A DNA stretch of 57,664 nucleotides, filler included, from Dugesia japonica (GCA_001938525.1; 5 parts of 5 records of this genome joined end to end with filler, not necessarily neighbours in it); one strand, 5' to 3'. Shown: positions 26,201 through 40,671, numbered from the whole stretch's first letter. Notes: generated by a model not told the origin, from the sequence alone. Translations and numbers: made by a program.

Positions 26201-29200
26201 TACAAATAAAAATCAAAAAAATTTAAGCCAAACAATTCAAAGTATGAACGAGAAAATTTCAGAAATGGAAAAAATCTCTTTATCATTAGATAAAGAGTTT
26301 TCGAATTCTAAGAAAGTTAAACAATTAATTTCTTTTCATTAATTCATTTTACTTCAAGGTTTTTTTGAATACGAATGAAACGAAAGTGGAAATAAATAAC
26401 AAACAAGTACTTCAATTTATTTTTAATTAAATTTATGTTTTTTAGTTTCCGGAAAAAATGAATGACAAGTATTAGTTTTTGTCTTTATGTGTAAATATAA
26501 TCCATTTATAATTTTTGGAATATTATCAAATTTTTTGAATTACTTTTCGTACTTTTTCTAAGTAACTCCAAATAAATCTTGACTTTTAAACCGTTATTTG
26601 CTTCACTTAGCATAAAATATTTGATTCGGTTCTAAATAAATTGTAATTTTTTATACCAAACTTTTCTAATGTAATAATTGTTCTCTTATTAAAATGAAAC
26701 TTTAATTTTTGGTATTTTAGAAAGAAACGTATTTAAATTATAAGGATAGTTCCTAGCAAAAATATCCGCACAGAAGTGCAGACCCATAAATATTTGCGAA
26801 TGGTAGATTCAATCTCAATTTCAATGACGGAATAATATCAAATATACACATTCATAAAATCTTTTTTTTGAAATTTTGTTATACCTAGAGGGTAAAGGGA
26901 AGAGGAGGAAATTAGGTTCCGGTATTTTTTTTACAAATATTGACATTTAAATTAATCATTATCAAAAACATTTAAACACTTTTTACAAATTCATAGGATT
27001 AAACTAAAAAAATAATTTTTTAAACGTATATTCTATCGTTCATTGCGTACAATTGAAAATTTATAAAAATGTTTGATGCGCATTATACGCTGAGTATAAA
27101 CAGTGAATATTTGAATCAAAATGTTAAGTATATTTATACTTCTTATACTCAGCGTATTTTTATAAATTTTCACCTGCTGAAGGTATGAACTATACGCCGG
27201 AAAAAAAATTACACTTTTAATTACAATAAAATATAAATTATAATACCATAGGGACCATCCATAAATGACGTCACACGATTAAGGGAGGGGGTCATACAAT
27301 TGTGACGATGCGTGATGAGGGGGGACTAAGATATGTTACGTCACATCAAAATAAATGAGAGTATTGAATTTTAACTATTTTAATATATTCCTGTAACTGA
27401 GCCACATAGTGTACTGTTGAGCATCAGGGAAGCATATCTGAGGCTGGAATACTGAACACCGCTATCTCTGTCTTTCAACGTGACAAATATTAATTCGGAA
27501 CCTTTAAATTTTCATTTTTAGAAATAAATGTTTAGTGGAGGGGATTAAATTTTGTGGCGTCATATTTGAGGGGGGTCTGACTAAGTGTGACAGGGGGAGG
27601 GGAGTGTAAAGAATCATCCAAAATCGTGTGACGTCATTTATGGATGACCCCATATGATAAAATGTGTTTATTGGTTTTAAAAAATCTATCAACGATTTTT
27701 TCAATATCTATTTTAATTTCCCTATNAAAATTTAATTAAGTTAATCCTGATAATCATTCGGTTTCTGTACTATTTAGTAAATAAGTTTTCATTCGTTTTA
27801 GTATTACTGAGCATTACTGAATTCTAAAGTGTTAAATTCCGATTTTTTAAAATATTTTCTTCCATTACTTTAGTTTTGAAATTTAATTTATCTTCATTAA
27901 ACTAATATAAATGATATAATTTTTATATTTTTTAAAACATTTTCTTAATACATAAATATTTCTGTGGTAATATCTTTTTGAATATACTAACTAGATTTCC
28001 ATTTTCAAAATTCTGAGAATTATTATTTTTATATCAAGTGAATTACACATTTTTTGAATATTGCCGAACAACTATTTCAAATTCATAATTTATCAAATAT
28101 TTTGTATAATAAACATTAATTTTTATTCATATAGTCCTTTATATCATGCGCTGCTACTATATTATATATTGTGCGATTTTGTTAGATTAGAAAAATCCTT
28201 GAACTTGATTACCAATTGCGAAGAAAAGAGCAGTTCTAGAGATGATATTTCTTTGCTTTACGATTTATCTGAATATTCAAGTGCTAATGAAGTATTGGAT
28301 ATTTCAGAAAGGTTATCTACAAATAGTATTCCACTAGTTGAATTGCTTAGTATTGATAATGCTTTCAACGAAAGTATTAAAGAATCTAAAGTTAAGAATA
28401 TGAAACCGATGTAAGTTATTTACTTTTAAAAATTAATATAAAAGGAGTTTAACATTTCGTTGGAATAAATATTTAATTAATTGGAATATTAAAATATTAT
28501 TTTAATTAAAATAAATTATAATTTTGAGAATCTAAAACACTTGATTTCACATCTGTTATCTTTTCATTACTTTAAGTTACTCTTAATCACCTGAGGTTAA
28601 ACTATTTGATTTCATGTATTAGAAAATTTTCTATTGGGTGCTGCTGGAATTTTTTTTATTTATTTCATGCCTCATTCAAAATAATCAATTAAATTAAATA
28701 AATTATTCCCAATCCACTGTTATTTATTTGGCTTCGATCCAATCGATGACAGGTGGAATAACTGCAAACTATCCAATGACTCAATTAGAAAGTTTTTCTC
28801 GAATAGTGGGAGAAATTAGTGCTCACCATTTTATTCAGTCATTTTTCTAGTAATTTTTGTAAGAAAAATTTTTATAAAAATATGCAATGATTTTGTCAAT
28901 CCTGAAAATCATCTTTTTACATTATTTTCAGAATGTTATAACACCATAATCTCGCAAACATTAAATTTTATTTTTATAATTTCGGTTAAAAAATTTTTAT
29001 TAAAGAAAATTTTATTAAAAAATTTTAAAATAATTTTCCGGCTGTGTCTGATTTCTTATTCTCTCAAAATTTTCTATTCGTTTCCACGAACTTTACAAAA
29101 CGCACAATTTGATAGTTCAAATTAAATTGTTAACTTAATAAATTTTGCTTTATTTTAGTTTATTACTATATAACATTTGAAACTTTTCATTGAAAGAATT

Positions 29201-32200
29201 ATATTAGTATATGATTTATTATAATTATTGGCTGCTTTATATATATATTTTGCTTTACTCAATTGTTTGTAAAATATTTCAAAATTTGAATTTTTAGAAG
29301 TTCACGAATATTAAAACCATCTGTGAAAATAAATAAAAATAAATTTCACAATGAATTGGAAAAAAACAATTATTTGCAAAGAAAAAGCCATGGAAAGTAT
29401 TTTGCAATGGAGGTAAATATTAATTTTTCCTTATCATTCTGTACTTATTAGATTCAATTTATTTATAAAAATAATCTATTTTTTATAAATTTTTATTTTC
29501 TTACTTAATCGAATTTATTTTTATTTTGTTCGTTTTATGTGTAATTTAAATTAAAAAAGAAAAACAATATTGTGACTGAAGCCTTTAATTTATTAAAATC
29601 TGAAATATGATCAATCGTTAAGTCCAACACATTCACGCTATAATTGTATTTGTAAAACTATTATGGCTGGCGCCATCAACCGTAAACTTATTGATTTATT
29701 AATAAATAATTTAGTTTTAAATTCAATTGCAACAAATTCATGCGATTCACTATTAGCCTTGTTTCTATTTTAATATTTTCTCGCTATTCTGGCCACTCAT
29801 TTACAAGTAACTTACCATTATAAGATAAAAGTTTTAATTATTGTCTATAGTTCGGCTTAAAACAGAAAAAGAATAAATTAATGATATCTTAAATAATTTG
29901 TGTTTAACTATGATGGAGTTAATATATTTTGTAAAATGTAACAGTTTAAACGAAACTTAATTTAACTTTAAATAAATTTTAGAGTACATTGTAATTGTAA
30001 TTGAGTGCTAATAAAAATTATCTTAGTATTTTTAAGAAACAAATATTGTGATTGTTAGGTGCATTTGAAAAACTCATCGAATCATTAACACCAGAATTCA
30101 ACTCCATAAATTTATTAAAATAAAAACTATTACAACACTAATTGTGTTTTTAAACAAATTGAATTCCTGTTTTAATTTGGTGATCGTTTCTTAAGATTTT
30201 TTAAAATCTATTTAAAGTCATTTGATTTTTTGAATCAGATTTTAAAATAAATTTTCAATTTATTTATTAAAATTTAATTTCAAAATTTAAAACAATTACT
30301 TATTCGTCATTTAATTTTTCATTTCAATTTAAATCTTTTTCAAAAAAGATTTCAAGAAAAATGATAACCAACCACATAAAAATTTCAACTCACTTAAAAC
30401 ATACTCACAGTGATGATTTAATATCGAAATTTGACAGTAAACCACATAAAAATTCACTTATGAAAACCATGACATTGATTATTTGGTTATACTTTTTCAA
30501 AAATTTATTATCCGAAATGAATGTGGACAAAATCTATATAAATAAAAATGTAAATGTCCGTTTGTTCAAAATCGATAAACTCTTAAAGTTTTTCATCGAT
30601 TGCCTTGAAAATTTGACACAACGTTGCATTCGAAGCCAGGCATGTCCATATATACTTATTTTGTTTGAATATTATTTAACATAACAATATTTTTTAATCT
30701 GATTTTAAAAAATACTTATTATATCAAAAGTTGATAGCAATAATTGTTGCTGGTTGCCAATTTATGTTCATTTAAAAAATTGGTTTCTCATTTGTCTTTC
30801 TCTGATTACTATATTCTACTTAGTACATGATTTAATACTCCAAATAATCTTTAAAAATTTGATATTCCTCTTATTAATATCTTAATTTCAACATGTAATC
30901 TTATCAATTTATTAATTATTAAATAATAAATTACAAAAAATTAATATCGCATTGTATCACTTTAAACATGATTTTTATCTTTCACAATTCATAATCTTTT
31001 CTGAATTCCTATGTCATGTAAATAATAAAATCTAATTCATACACACTGATTAGGAATAAGTGTAATTTATCTCCATAGATAAATACAATCAACTTTACAT
31101 GATTTGATTTATTCATAAAAAATAGTCACGACTAGTGATAAATTTCAACCTTTTAGACCTAAGACGAAAAATGTCTTCGGGGCCCTAAAATAAAGTTTTC
31201 CATTAGAATAAAAAATATTTTGAATTTACTGTCTTTTTTTAAAGTGTGAATTCAGTATAACTTTTTGTAAAAGAGATGTTTCATTTCCTATGGAACTACT
31301 TATGACTGTTCATCGGGATACGTGTAGAGGTTGTGGTTTTTCACAATATAAATTTCCCTTATAAATAAAAATATAAATTTTCGATTGTTCAAAATCGAAA
31401 AACTCCAAAAAAATTTCACCAATAGCGTTGAAATTTTGATGTAAGCTAGCATTCGACTCCAGGAAGTTCATATTTACATATTATATTTTAATATTCCTAC
31501 ATTATATAGATGTCTAACCTGTGGCAGTTAGAATACACTTTCACCATCAATAAAGCTGAAGGCCAATCTTTAGAATTATGCGGTTTAGATCTTGGTATGA
31601 ATTGTTTCTCACATGGACAATTGTATGTTGCGTGTTCTAAAGTTGGCAAACCAAGCAATCTTTAAATATACGTAAACAATGGAACAACGAAAAATATTGG
31701 ATGTCCGTAAGCATTGTAAAATTAAATATATTAGAAATGTATTCATTCTCTTTTCTTTTCTGTTTCATTAAACCAGACTGAGCGTGGCCGGGTATGGTTA
31801 GTAGTACAATAAATCAAAATTTATCAGTTTTAAAATATTTTTAATGTTAATTTTTTTTGAATTCGATTCTTAATCTTCGTAGTTACAAATATGTATTTAA
31901 AATTCTTTGTAATTAACTCCGTCTATGCCAAATGGATTCAATGAATAATTTTTTTGTTGAAGAATACATGTTCTTTTTTACTTGTGATGTAATTACTGTA
32001 ATATAGCCTGATGTCTTACTTATTCTCGGTTTAAAACCTGATATAATTTAGAAAATAATTAATTTAATGAATCTTATTTGGTAATGATAGGGTAATAACG
32101 TAATTAAGTTTCCAAAAAGTATGGGGTGCCGTGCACCCTTTTTTTTATTTTATATCTACCTACTGAAAATTATTTTTAATAAGTATACAAGCTTCCTTGA

Positions 32201-35200
32201 AGTGAAATTAAACTTTATTAATATTAATTTCTTTCTGTAAAATAACATATATTTTGTGATTTCATTTAGATGCTTAACCAACTTGGACTGCCACGTACTA
32301 AATCATTCGATATTCCTATAACAATAATGACAAATCCATCGCCAAATGAAATGATGCTTTCAGAAATGAAGAGGAATGATCAATTAAATCTACTTAATTC
32401 AATGAATAATGTAAGTTATGTAATTTGTTTTTAAAGATTTTCACTTATTTGAAGCTATAGGAAACAATTAATTTCTGCATTAATCGATTATTTTAAAAAT
32501 GTCTTTTCCGTCCTTTCATCTATTTTTATGAACCACATTTATCCATACATAACTTCAAAATGTCTCGCCGTCCCTAATCTCATTTTTTGTCCGTAGTTCA
32601 TACTTTACATTTCTTTTAAATATGTTGATTTAACTGTCTACCCAAATTTTTATTTCGCATATATTCTAGTGTCTTTTCCACTACTGAGTGACATAATATA
32701 TTAATCTATTTAATTATCTATTATATTAATCTATATTGGTAAAATTGAAAGTAAGAGATTTCGCTCTATATAGCAAAAATAAGGAAACTATACATCTTTT
32801 CTTACAAGCGAGCCATGTTTTTTTAAGTTACTGTTTATAATTTCAAATAATATTACTATACTATTACTGTTAGATGTAATATTTAAACATGTTAGTTTAT
32901 TTTTTTTGGATTTATGTTTATTTAAATATACTTTATTGGTTATGTTAAGTTGTGAAATCAATAAACGTATTAAAAATTTAACTAATGACCACGTAGAATT
33001 GGGTGCCATTACAAGGCAAAGGAAAAAAACGACTTCAAAAATGTTTTTTAAAAATCTTTCACAATTTATTCAAAAAATGTTGATTCATAAACCAACACTT
33101 TTTACGGTTCTTCAGATATTGCAAAGGATATTAATCACCAAGGAATTTGCCACATTTAATCAAATGGGAATCGTGGCAAAAAGCCAGCACAAGACTTTAA
33201 ATCAAATGAAAACCATTAGTTAAAAAAATTCTGACTTAATGGAAAATATCATTATTTTGAAATAAGTATTAAAAACACTGACACAAGAGAGTTTTGAAAG
33301 CAAACGTTCACCAGCTTAAATACCAAAAGTTTCTATTCTAAATGGATTAAGAAGTGAAGAGTTAAAATAATCTTTAGCTCTCCAATCAAAGTTAAATGAT
33401 AGAAAACTTTGAGAATCAGCTGCAAATTTTGATAAATTTATAACAAAAGTAATGTTAATGCTGTCATTGAAATGCAGTTTAAAAATCAGCTTTAGAACTG
33501 AAATATAATAAAATTAGAAGGAAAATTTTTTCAACACAAAGAGAATACTACCAAATATTCTACTGCATAGGTGTCTAAACTTTGACTGTTTGTTGGCTAC
33601 ATTGCAAAGAAAAAAATTTCTCGGCCACACATAAAATTTATTAGGAAAAAATAAAAAAAGGATTTGTGTATTTCTATTAAAATTAAAGAGTTTTTATTTC
33701 TTCATCAGAAATGTAAAAATCCCTAAAAAAACATAGTCAAATAAAGTATTTCCAACTATATAAATATTTTTAATATAATATGACATACTTAGACGNNNNN
33801 NNNNNNNNNNNNNNNNNNNNNNNNNNNNNNNNNNNNNNNNNNNNNNNNNNNNNNNNNNNNNNNNNNNNNNNNNNNNNNNNNNNNNNNNNNNNNNNNNNNN
33901 NNNNNNNNNNNNNNNNNNNNNNNNNNNNNNNNNNNNNNNNNGCCGCACTTTAGACACCCATGTTCTACTGTATCTAGAAATCCAAAAATCGATTCAAGGA
34001 ATAGTAATAAAAATCTACAGCTGAGAGATAAGATAAGAGATTTTCCAAAACATTCTCTGAAATTTGTAGCAATTAAAATTTATAATAGATGTCCTAATAA
34101 TGCACCTCCAATAATAGAATGCCTACATCATGGTGCTTGTTTTTGCAGTAGTTGACTTAATAAATTACATTCAACAAGAATTTTGTCACTGGGGAGTTTG
34201 AATTTATTGGCCTCATTGAACTTATTTTAGCCAGATAGGTTTAGAACAATTTAACGCGAATTTAAAAAATGATTGATTTGCAAACAACGGCAAATATACA
34301 AACAAGTAAAAGAGTTATCACAACCTCTTCAATATGACATGATCCAGAACTGTTGCAGGCCTTCTAAGGTTTATATTAAACATATATTTTGCCTGATCGA
34401 AAATGTGCGAACTAACGTTGGGCCGTCCATTTATAAACTTCATCTTCTCCGTAAACTTTTATAATATTCCGAACTGCTACTGTCGCATTATTTCCGAGAA
34501 GATTTTTGTATTAAGATATTATTCGCATTTCTTCATTATTCATGTTTTCACAAGATTTTAAAAATGAAGTGCTGATAATTTATTAAAAAAAATTGCAAGC
34601 ATGCCTATTTAACTTTTAATAAATAAATTTTAATTTAAGTCAAACAGTATTTCTTTAAAAAAAAGTGATTATAAAATGCATTAAAATATCCGAAATTTCA
34701 TTTGCAACATCCTAATATTATATTTAAATATACTATATTTTTATATTTTTCTGTTATAATTTTGCAACGGAATTTAGTTGAAATGCACCTCCTCTTCATT
34801 GCAACCGAGCAAGAAAAAGATTCATAAGCCATTTCAAGAAAGTGTTCGACTACAAAGACCTGAAATTACTCGACGACAAAATCTTAATAAACCTTTTGCA
34901 TATACAGAAAGTTTGTTAGCCTTAAAATCAAAAAAACGTATATTTAATTTTTATTTCTTTATAATTAATAAAATTTTAAGGTATTCATAGAAATCATAAA
35001 GTATATAAAAATAATACAAAACTTCTCCAACCTTTATCTGAAATATCTATTTCCCAAGGTTATGAAAATGATACTTTAATATATTTTAATGTTATTTAGA
35101 TACTGATATAATCAGTGTTTCTAGCGATTGGTCAGTTCCACAAAAAATTCATGAGATTTTGTACAATAAGTCCCAAAATAATTCAGAATACAATGTTAGT

Positions 35201-36176
35201 GTATATTTATTAATATTTCACTAAAAGTCGATATTTCTCAAGTTGAAATATAAATTTCTGAAACTTTAAATCAAAACAATGAAATTTATCTAAATACATG
35301 GAAACGAAAGTGGAAATTTCCAAAATTAATATGAAGTTTCAATCTAAATAATGATTTAAGTTTTCATAAAAATACATATTAACATTTAAAACGTTCAAAA
35401 TAAACTGAAATTATTTCTTAATTTTGATGTATCTTTGTATATCTTGTGTTCTTTGTGTAAAACTGGAGTTTTACGTTTACTGGTGATAATTTCATATAAT
35501 TTGACAAGATATAGAAGAATTTAAGTATTGAATAAGAAACAAAAATAAGTTTTTCTACGTTAAAAAATGTGGTGTTAATGGATTTCTTCCTTTAAACAAT
35601 ACGCCAATATATTCGATAGTTTCGTTTCATAAGCAATGTTTGTACACTCTTAAAGTTACTAAAACTCAGATCTGGATCATTATTTTGCATTCTCAATAAT
35701 TTCTTTATTATTTACTTAATATTAATTTAGCAGTATCTTCACATAATTCATAACAATTTTAAAAATTATTGACATACTTCATTGCCCAATTACATTTCGT
35801 AATCCATTGTAAATAAAAAATTGATCTGGTTGGTTTGGTTCTAGCTTAGCACTCATATTTATGTCCAATTGAATTGAAATAAGAAGTTTGATTTTATGAT
35901 CAGATTAACCTGTTTATAATTTCATTAAAATTATTTTATATTTTATTGAGTGAATTTTATGAAAATATATTGCTGTAGCCAAATATTTATCAATAGCCAA
36001 AAGTTTAACTTTTTATTATTGATTTTTCGTTATATTTTTATTATATTAATCAATCAATTATTTTTTTTATTTACGCTCAGGCTGATGATGTTAGTCAAGT
36101 CATGTCCATTCAAAGCACCAGTTTCATCGATTGGGATCAAGTATCGGAAATGTTAAAGTCCCTTAGTGTAAATTAA
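23213..36176 (+). CDS. Multi-exon host gene, low-complexity, with CPLANE1 (C5orf42)-like C-terminal motifs
   Basis: Phase-consistent GT-AG exon chain including 23213-23293, 23339-24134, 24175-24231, 24273-24329, ~28186-28410, ~29298-29412, 32270-32410, ~34778-34937, 34981-35058, 35100-35194 and 36081-36176. The last exons encode SDWSVPQKIHEILY and SIQSTSFIDWDQVSEML. The middle exons were not all phase-checked. Confidence 0.6.
25235..25520 (+). mobile_element. Possible retrotransposon gag-like fragment in intron
   Basis: Charged helical frame read through one stop (…EIYENENESLRFEERFRKAFF…LMAHKWNKEDITKEL); no diagnostic motif. Confidence 0.25.
27251..27651. mobile_element. PIF/Harbinger-type MITE
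   Basis: ~30-bp TIRs GGGACCATCCATAAATGACGTCACACGATT / AATCGTGTGACGTCATTTATGGATGACCCC, flanked on both sides by a 3-bp ATA duplication. Confidence 0.85.
30533..30650 (+). mobile_element. Helitron 5'-end fragment
   Basis: TCTATATAAATAAAAATGTAAATGTCCGTTTGTTCAAAATCG..., homologous to the start of the element at 31355. Confidence 0.55.
31355..31802 (+). mobile_element. Non-autonomous Helitron retaining Pif1 helicase C-terminus
   Basis: TINKAEGQSLELCGLDLGMNCFSHGQLYVACSKV (helicase motifs V/VI), TC 5' end, and GC-rich 3' end GCGTGGCCGGGTATGGTTAG|T (degenerate CTAG). Confidence 0.85.
33566..33962. mobile_element. hAT-type MITE
   Basis: TIRs CATAGGTGTCTAAAC / CTTTAGACACCCATG with a perfect 8-bp target-site duplication TTCTACTG (33558-33565, 33963-33970). 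Confidence 0.85.
34090..34543 (-). mobile_element. Mariner transposase remnant (N-terminal HTH)
   Basis: MNNEEMRIIS*YKNLLGNNATVAVRNIIKVYGEDEVYKWTAQR*FAHFRSG matches the mariner N-terminal HTH pattern. Confidence 0.7.
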
Positions 36177-36640
36177 TATCTGAATATTCTATTTTTGAAA
36201 ATATTTTGTTTCAATTTAGTAATTAAATAATTTTCAAATTTCTTTTTAATATAAAATTAAATTTTTAAAATTATAAATATACTTTATATTACTTGAGTTT
36301 GAAATTTGTAACCGATCTCAGTAGTATCCATGTCATTGATAAGTTCATATAAGTCTTAAATTTTGGAAGAAAATTTAAAGAAAATAATCATAATAATTAC
36401 ATGGAAATAAAAACGAAAATGAAAAATTAATTGAATTAATTAAAGAATTAATTAACTTGACCTTTGAGTATTTAACAATTTAGAATTTTCAAAATGAAAA
36501 ATCTTGGTATCGTGCCGTCTTGTAAATGTTCAACCAAGGATGGGTGTAGGCAGGAGATAATGTGGCCTCTTCTAGTATTTTTCTATTATTAATAATATTA
36601 CTTATCAACACAATAACAACAATAGCCTTTTACAATTCAT

Positions 36641-36740
36641 NNNNNNNNNNNNNNNNNNNNNNNNNNNNNNNNNNNNNNNNNNNNTTAATTAATTAANNNN
36701 NNNNNNNNNNNNNNNNNNNNNNNNNNNNNNNNNNNNNNNN
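36641..36740. other. Artificial contig spacer
   Basis: N44-TTAATTAATTAA-N44. Confidence 0.95.
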
Positions 36741-36949
36741 CCGTAGAAAACTTTTCGAACACTAACTATTTACTCCGAGTTTTGTTGTACACCCGAAAAC
36801 TAAAATTATTATAAACTTTTGTCGTTTTTATGGCATATGTTGATATAAAATTTAACACTTGTAGCGTGACATACATATTACTCTACTTTCATTACTTTTA
36901 TAAACTTAAAGAAAGTAAAACAAATTCTGACACATAGAACATTTATTGG

Positions 36950-37682
36950 TACTTCACTGACATGGATTCCACCTTCACAATCAAGGGAAGTTGTACATTC
37001 TCCAGTTCGACGACCATCTCAGGCGTCAATAACAGAAGCTGGCTTTCTAATCGCTCCAGAGTCTCTCTTCTCTCCATCTATTGTACGACTAACTTATTAG
37101 CGTTCTCCTTCATCTCCGTGAGTCCCATCCTAAGTCGTTCAGTCCCCTGGCGGCTGAGCTGCAAAGCAGCCTGAGTATTCAACAATTCTTGTTTCATGAT
37201 TCTGAATTTCTCCACCAGCTTCCCTCCATTACCGAGAAGATCAATTTTCTTCTTTTCGTATTTTGTCCGCTGCTCAGTCAACAGCTCCACCGTATTTCTC
37301 CAGGGAACCCAGAACGTTCCCTCATCTCCGTAGTTAGTGGGCACCAATGGTATATGCGGTTGAAAGAATTCAGTCATTCTTTCTAGCAAATAAATTCATC
37401 AAAATTTTCATTGCAAAATTAAATATTATCTAAATAAATAAACAAAATGTTAATGCATACAACGTATCTTCGGCCTGTGGCCTATCTGCTTTAGTTCCCC
37501 ACTCCTAGCATACGAACCGGAGAAGTTGACGATCTGAAACCACCACCTTGCAAACAATACCAAAAATGTGAATCTGACCTTGTCGACATTTCAGATATCT
37601 TAATCAATTCCTCACCTCCATCACCGTGATATTTGAATCCTAAATCATGACTGTTCATCACCTTGTGGTTCATCCAATTCAC
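36950..37682 (-). pseudogene. Unknown coiled-coil protein, possibly spliced, with in-frame stops
   Basis: GC-richer frames at 37491-37682 and 37078-37389 (reads through a stop to ~36950), with acceptor-like tttatttgctag at ~37383; no family recognised. Confidence 0.3.
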
Positions 37683-38445
37683 CTATTATACTCTTTAATG
37701 TATTAGCAATTTAAATTAATCGCAATTTTAATAAATTCATTACTCAAATAAATCATAAATCATTAATGCATAATTACTAATCGTTTTATATATTTTACTT
37801 TTAAATAAATTGGTTATTAAGCAAACGATAATCAATCAAATTAAAGAACTGAAGTTGTGTTATAGTTTAATAAAATTTTTATTTCATTTCTCAGCCAACA
37901 ATGATACACCATAAATAAACAAAATTTGACATTCAAGTTAAGAAAGACCAGTACTCCAAAAGATAACAGCATTCAAGCTTCCAGTAGCCACAACCATCTC
38001 TCGAGTTTCCACTACTGTCTTANNNNNNNNNNNNNNNNNNNNNNNNNNNNNNNNNNNNNNNNNNNNNNNNNNACTGTTCATCACCCTGTAGTTCATCCAA
38101 TTCACCTACTATACTCTTCAATGTATTAGCAATTTAAATTAATCGCCATTTTTAATAAATTCATTACTCAAATAAATCATAAATCATTAATGCATAATTA
38201 CTAGTCCTTTTATATATTTTAATATTAAATAAATTGGTGATTAAGCAAACGATAATCAATCAAATTAAATAACTGAAGTTGTGTTATAGTTAAATAAAAT
38301 TTTATTTCATTTCTCAGCCAACAATGATACACCGTAAATAAATAAAATTTGACACTCAAGCTAAGAAAGACCAGTACTTCAAAAGATAACAGTATTCGAG
38401 CTTCCAGTAGCCACAACCATCTCTCGAGTTTCCATTACTGTCTTA
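37650..38445 (+). repeat. ~370-bp direct duplication around an N gap
   Basis: ACTGTTCATCACC...CCATCTCTCGAGTTTCCA(C/T)TACTGTCTTA at 37650-38022 and 38073-38444. Confidence 0.8.
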
Positions 38446-38554
38446 TTCATCTCGGTCCTTTACCAACTTTCGATATTTCTTCTCTGCTTACTCGTATGAT
38501 AGTCAGCTAATTTTGGTCATTCACTTTTCCAAATCTTCCAACTATTTTTCACTG

Positions 38555-39068
38555 CATTTAGATTTCACTTTCTANCAACATCTCAATTTCAATTTCTCTG
38601 CATATTCTTTCATTTTCTTTGCATTCAAATCTCAACTTTCTAACAACATATTAATTTCGAATTCTCTGCATATTCTTTTCATTTACTCGGCATTTAAATT
38701 CCAACTTGCTGCCAACATATTAATTTCGAATCCTCTCATATTCCTTTATTTCTCTGCATTTAAATTTCAACTTGCTGCCAACATAGTAACTTCGAATTCT
38801 CATATTCTTTTCATTTCTCTGTATTTACATTTCAACTTGCTACCAACATATTAATTTCGATTTCTCTGCATATTCTTTTCATTTTCTCTGCATATAAATC
38901 TCAACTTGCTACCAACATTTTAATTTCGATTTCTCTGCTTATTTTCTCTGCATTTAAATTTCAACTTGCTGCCAACATATTAATTTCGAATTCTCTGCAT
39001 ATTTTCTCTGCATTTAAATTTCAACTTGCTGCCAACATAGTAACTTCGAATTCTCTCATATTCTTTTC
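38555..39068 (+). repeat. Minisatellite, ~60-70-bp units, about 8 copies
   Basis: Unit TTCTCTGCATTTAAATTTCAACTTGCTGCCAACATATTAATTTCGAATTCTCTGCATATTCTTTTCA with variants. Confidence 0.85.
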
Positions 39069-40671
39069 GGAAGCACGACAGGATCAGGCACTCGGCATGT
39101 AATTTAATGAACTTAACACTAGTGATTTAAATGAAAAATTAAGGAAATTACTTTCGTTGAGGTTGTCCTTGTCCACAGATTGAAATCGGTTTGATAATAA
39201 CTTCGTTCAATAAAACAGCAAAAAATTGTATCTAAAAAATTCTCAAAAATTAATCTTTTACTCTTCACAAATTAATCTCAAAATAAAAATCGCAAAAATT
39301 TTATTTCTAACTCTTAATTTTTCTCTTGTGCAAACGAGATTTATTCCTCGTTTGCACCACAGCGTTCATTCAGTTATTTGCTGGCCAATCAAGATCTGTT
39401 TTTTCTCCATCTGGGTTCCTGGTTGGTTGGTGTGTTGTTATCCTTTAGTGTGCATCTCTTCATTTTCATTGCAGCGAGAGATTTTGCACACCAACTTGAT
39501 TTATTTCAAAATTATTCAGCAGGTCACCTCATATGACCTCTTAATAATCGGATGTTGTTGTTACAAAGTCCTTGTCTAGCACGAAATGATTCTGCTAATC
39601 TGCTGATGATTTTTCGTCAGCTAGACAAGGCATGATGACTGGACCAGCATTAATTAATTATAATAATTAATATTAAACGCGATACAGCGTTATTATAATA
39701 ATGAAATTGGGTCGCAGAGACCCCTTTAATAAATTATTATATTATCGTATATTATTTTTATTATTTAATTTATCATAACCTTTCTTTACATATACTTTTT
39801 ATTTTTGTAACACCATAATTGGGTCTTCTACGCCCAATTTGCATTTTTCTATATTTTCTACATATAATCCAGAATGATTATAATAATAATAGCTACATAA
39901 TAATAATGATTTTCTTGTACATAATACTCAATTCTCTGGTCCAGACCATCAATTTTTTGACTATTTTTCTCTATTTTCGGCAACCATTGCCCATCTTTGC
40001 CTCTTCTATTAATTCACCATTTTGGTGTTCCAGCCCAACAAAATTAACTATAACTAACTAAAACAAAATAAAACCACGAAATCTTAATTAAAACTAGCTA
40101 AAAATAAAAACTGATTAAATAAAAATACACTGAAACTTAATGAAAATTAACTAAAATTGAACAAATAAATAAAAACTAATAAATAATATTAATAAAAAAC
40201 AAAACATATCCAAACAAGGATTCTCAATAAGCAACTGTAGCCCTAAAGAGGGCTGGTATTCGTTCACAATTTTCTTTTCTTAAATATCTTCCTCTTCATA
40301 ACTTCTTATTTCTTTTATTTTCTTGTTGATTGAAAATATACTACAATGAAAAATTGTTTAATGAAATTTTCAATAAAATAATTCATTACCGATACGGATC
40401 AGTTTTCTTTAGGTAGAAGTGGAATGAGCAGCAAAATAAACTGTAATATGAAATTGTACTTAATATTTATAAATAATAAAAGTTTACTAATACGGATCAA
40501 CTTGATTTGTAGCAGCAGAAGTAAAATATCTGGATCAGCAGCAACAATTTATATACTAAAGAAAAATCTTAAATATTTACTACATAAAAATAAATACTTA
40601 CCATCTTGACACAAACTTCTGTTTCATTGTGATCACTTTGACAACACGAGAAAAAGTACTACATATTTTTT

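Noticed and set aside
38555-39068. Tandem repeats as a CRISPR array
   Set aside because: The units are contiguous degenerate copies without unique spacers, the context is eukaryotic, and there are no cas genes.
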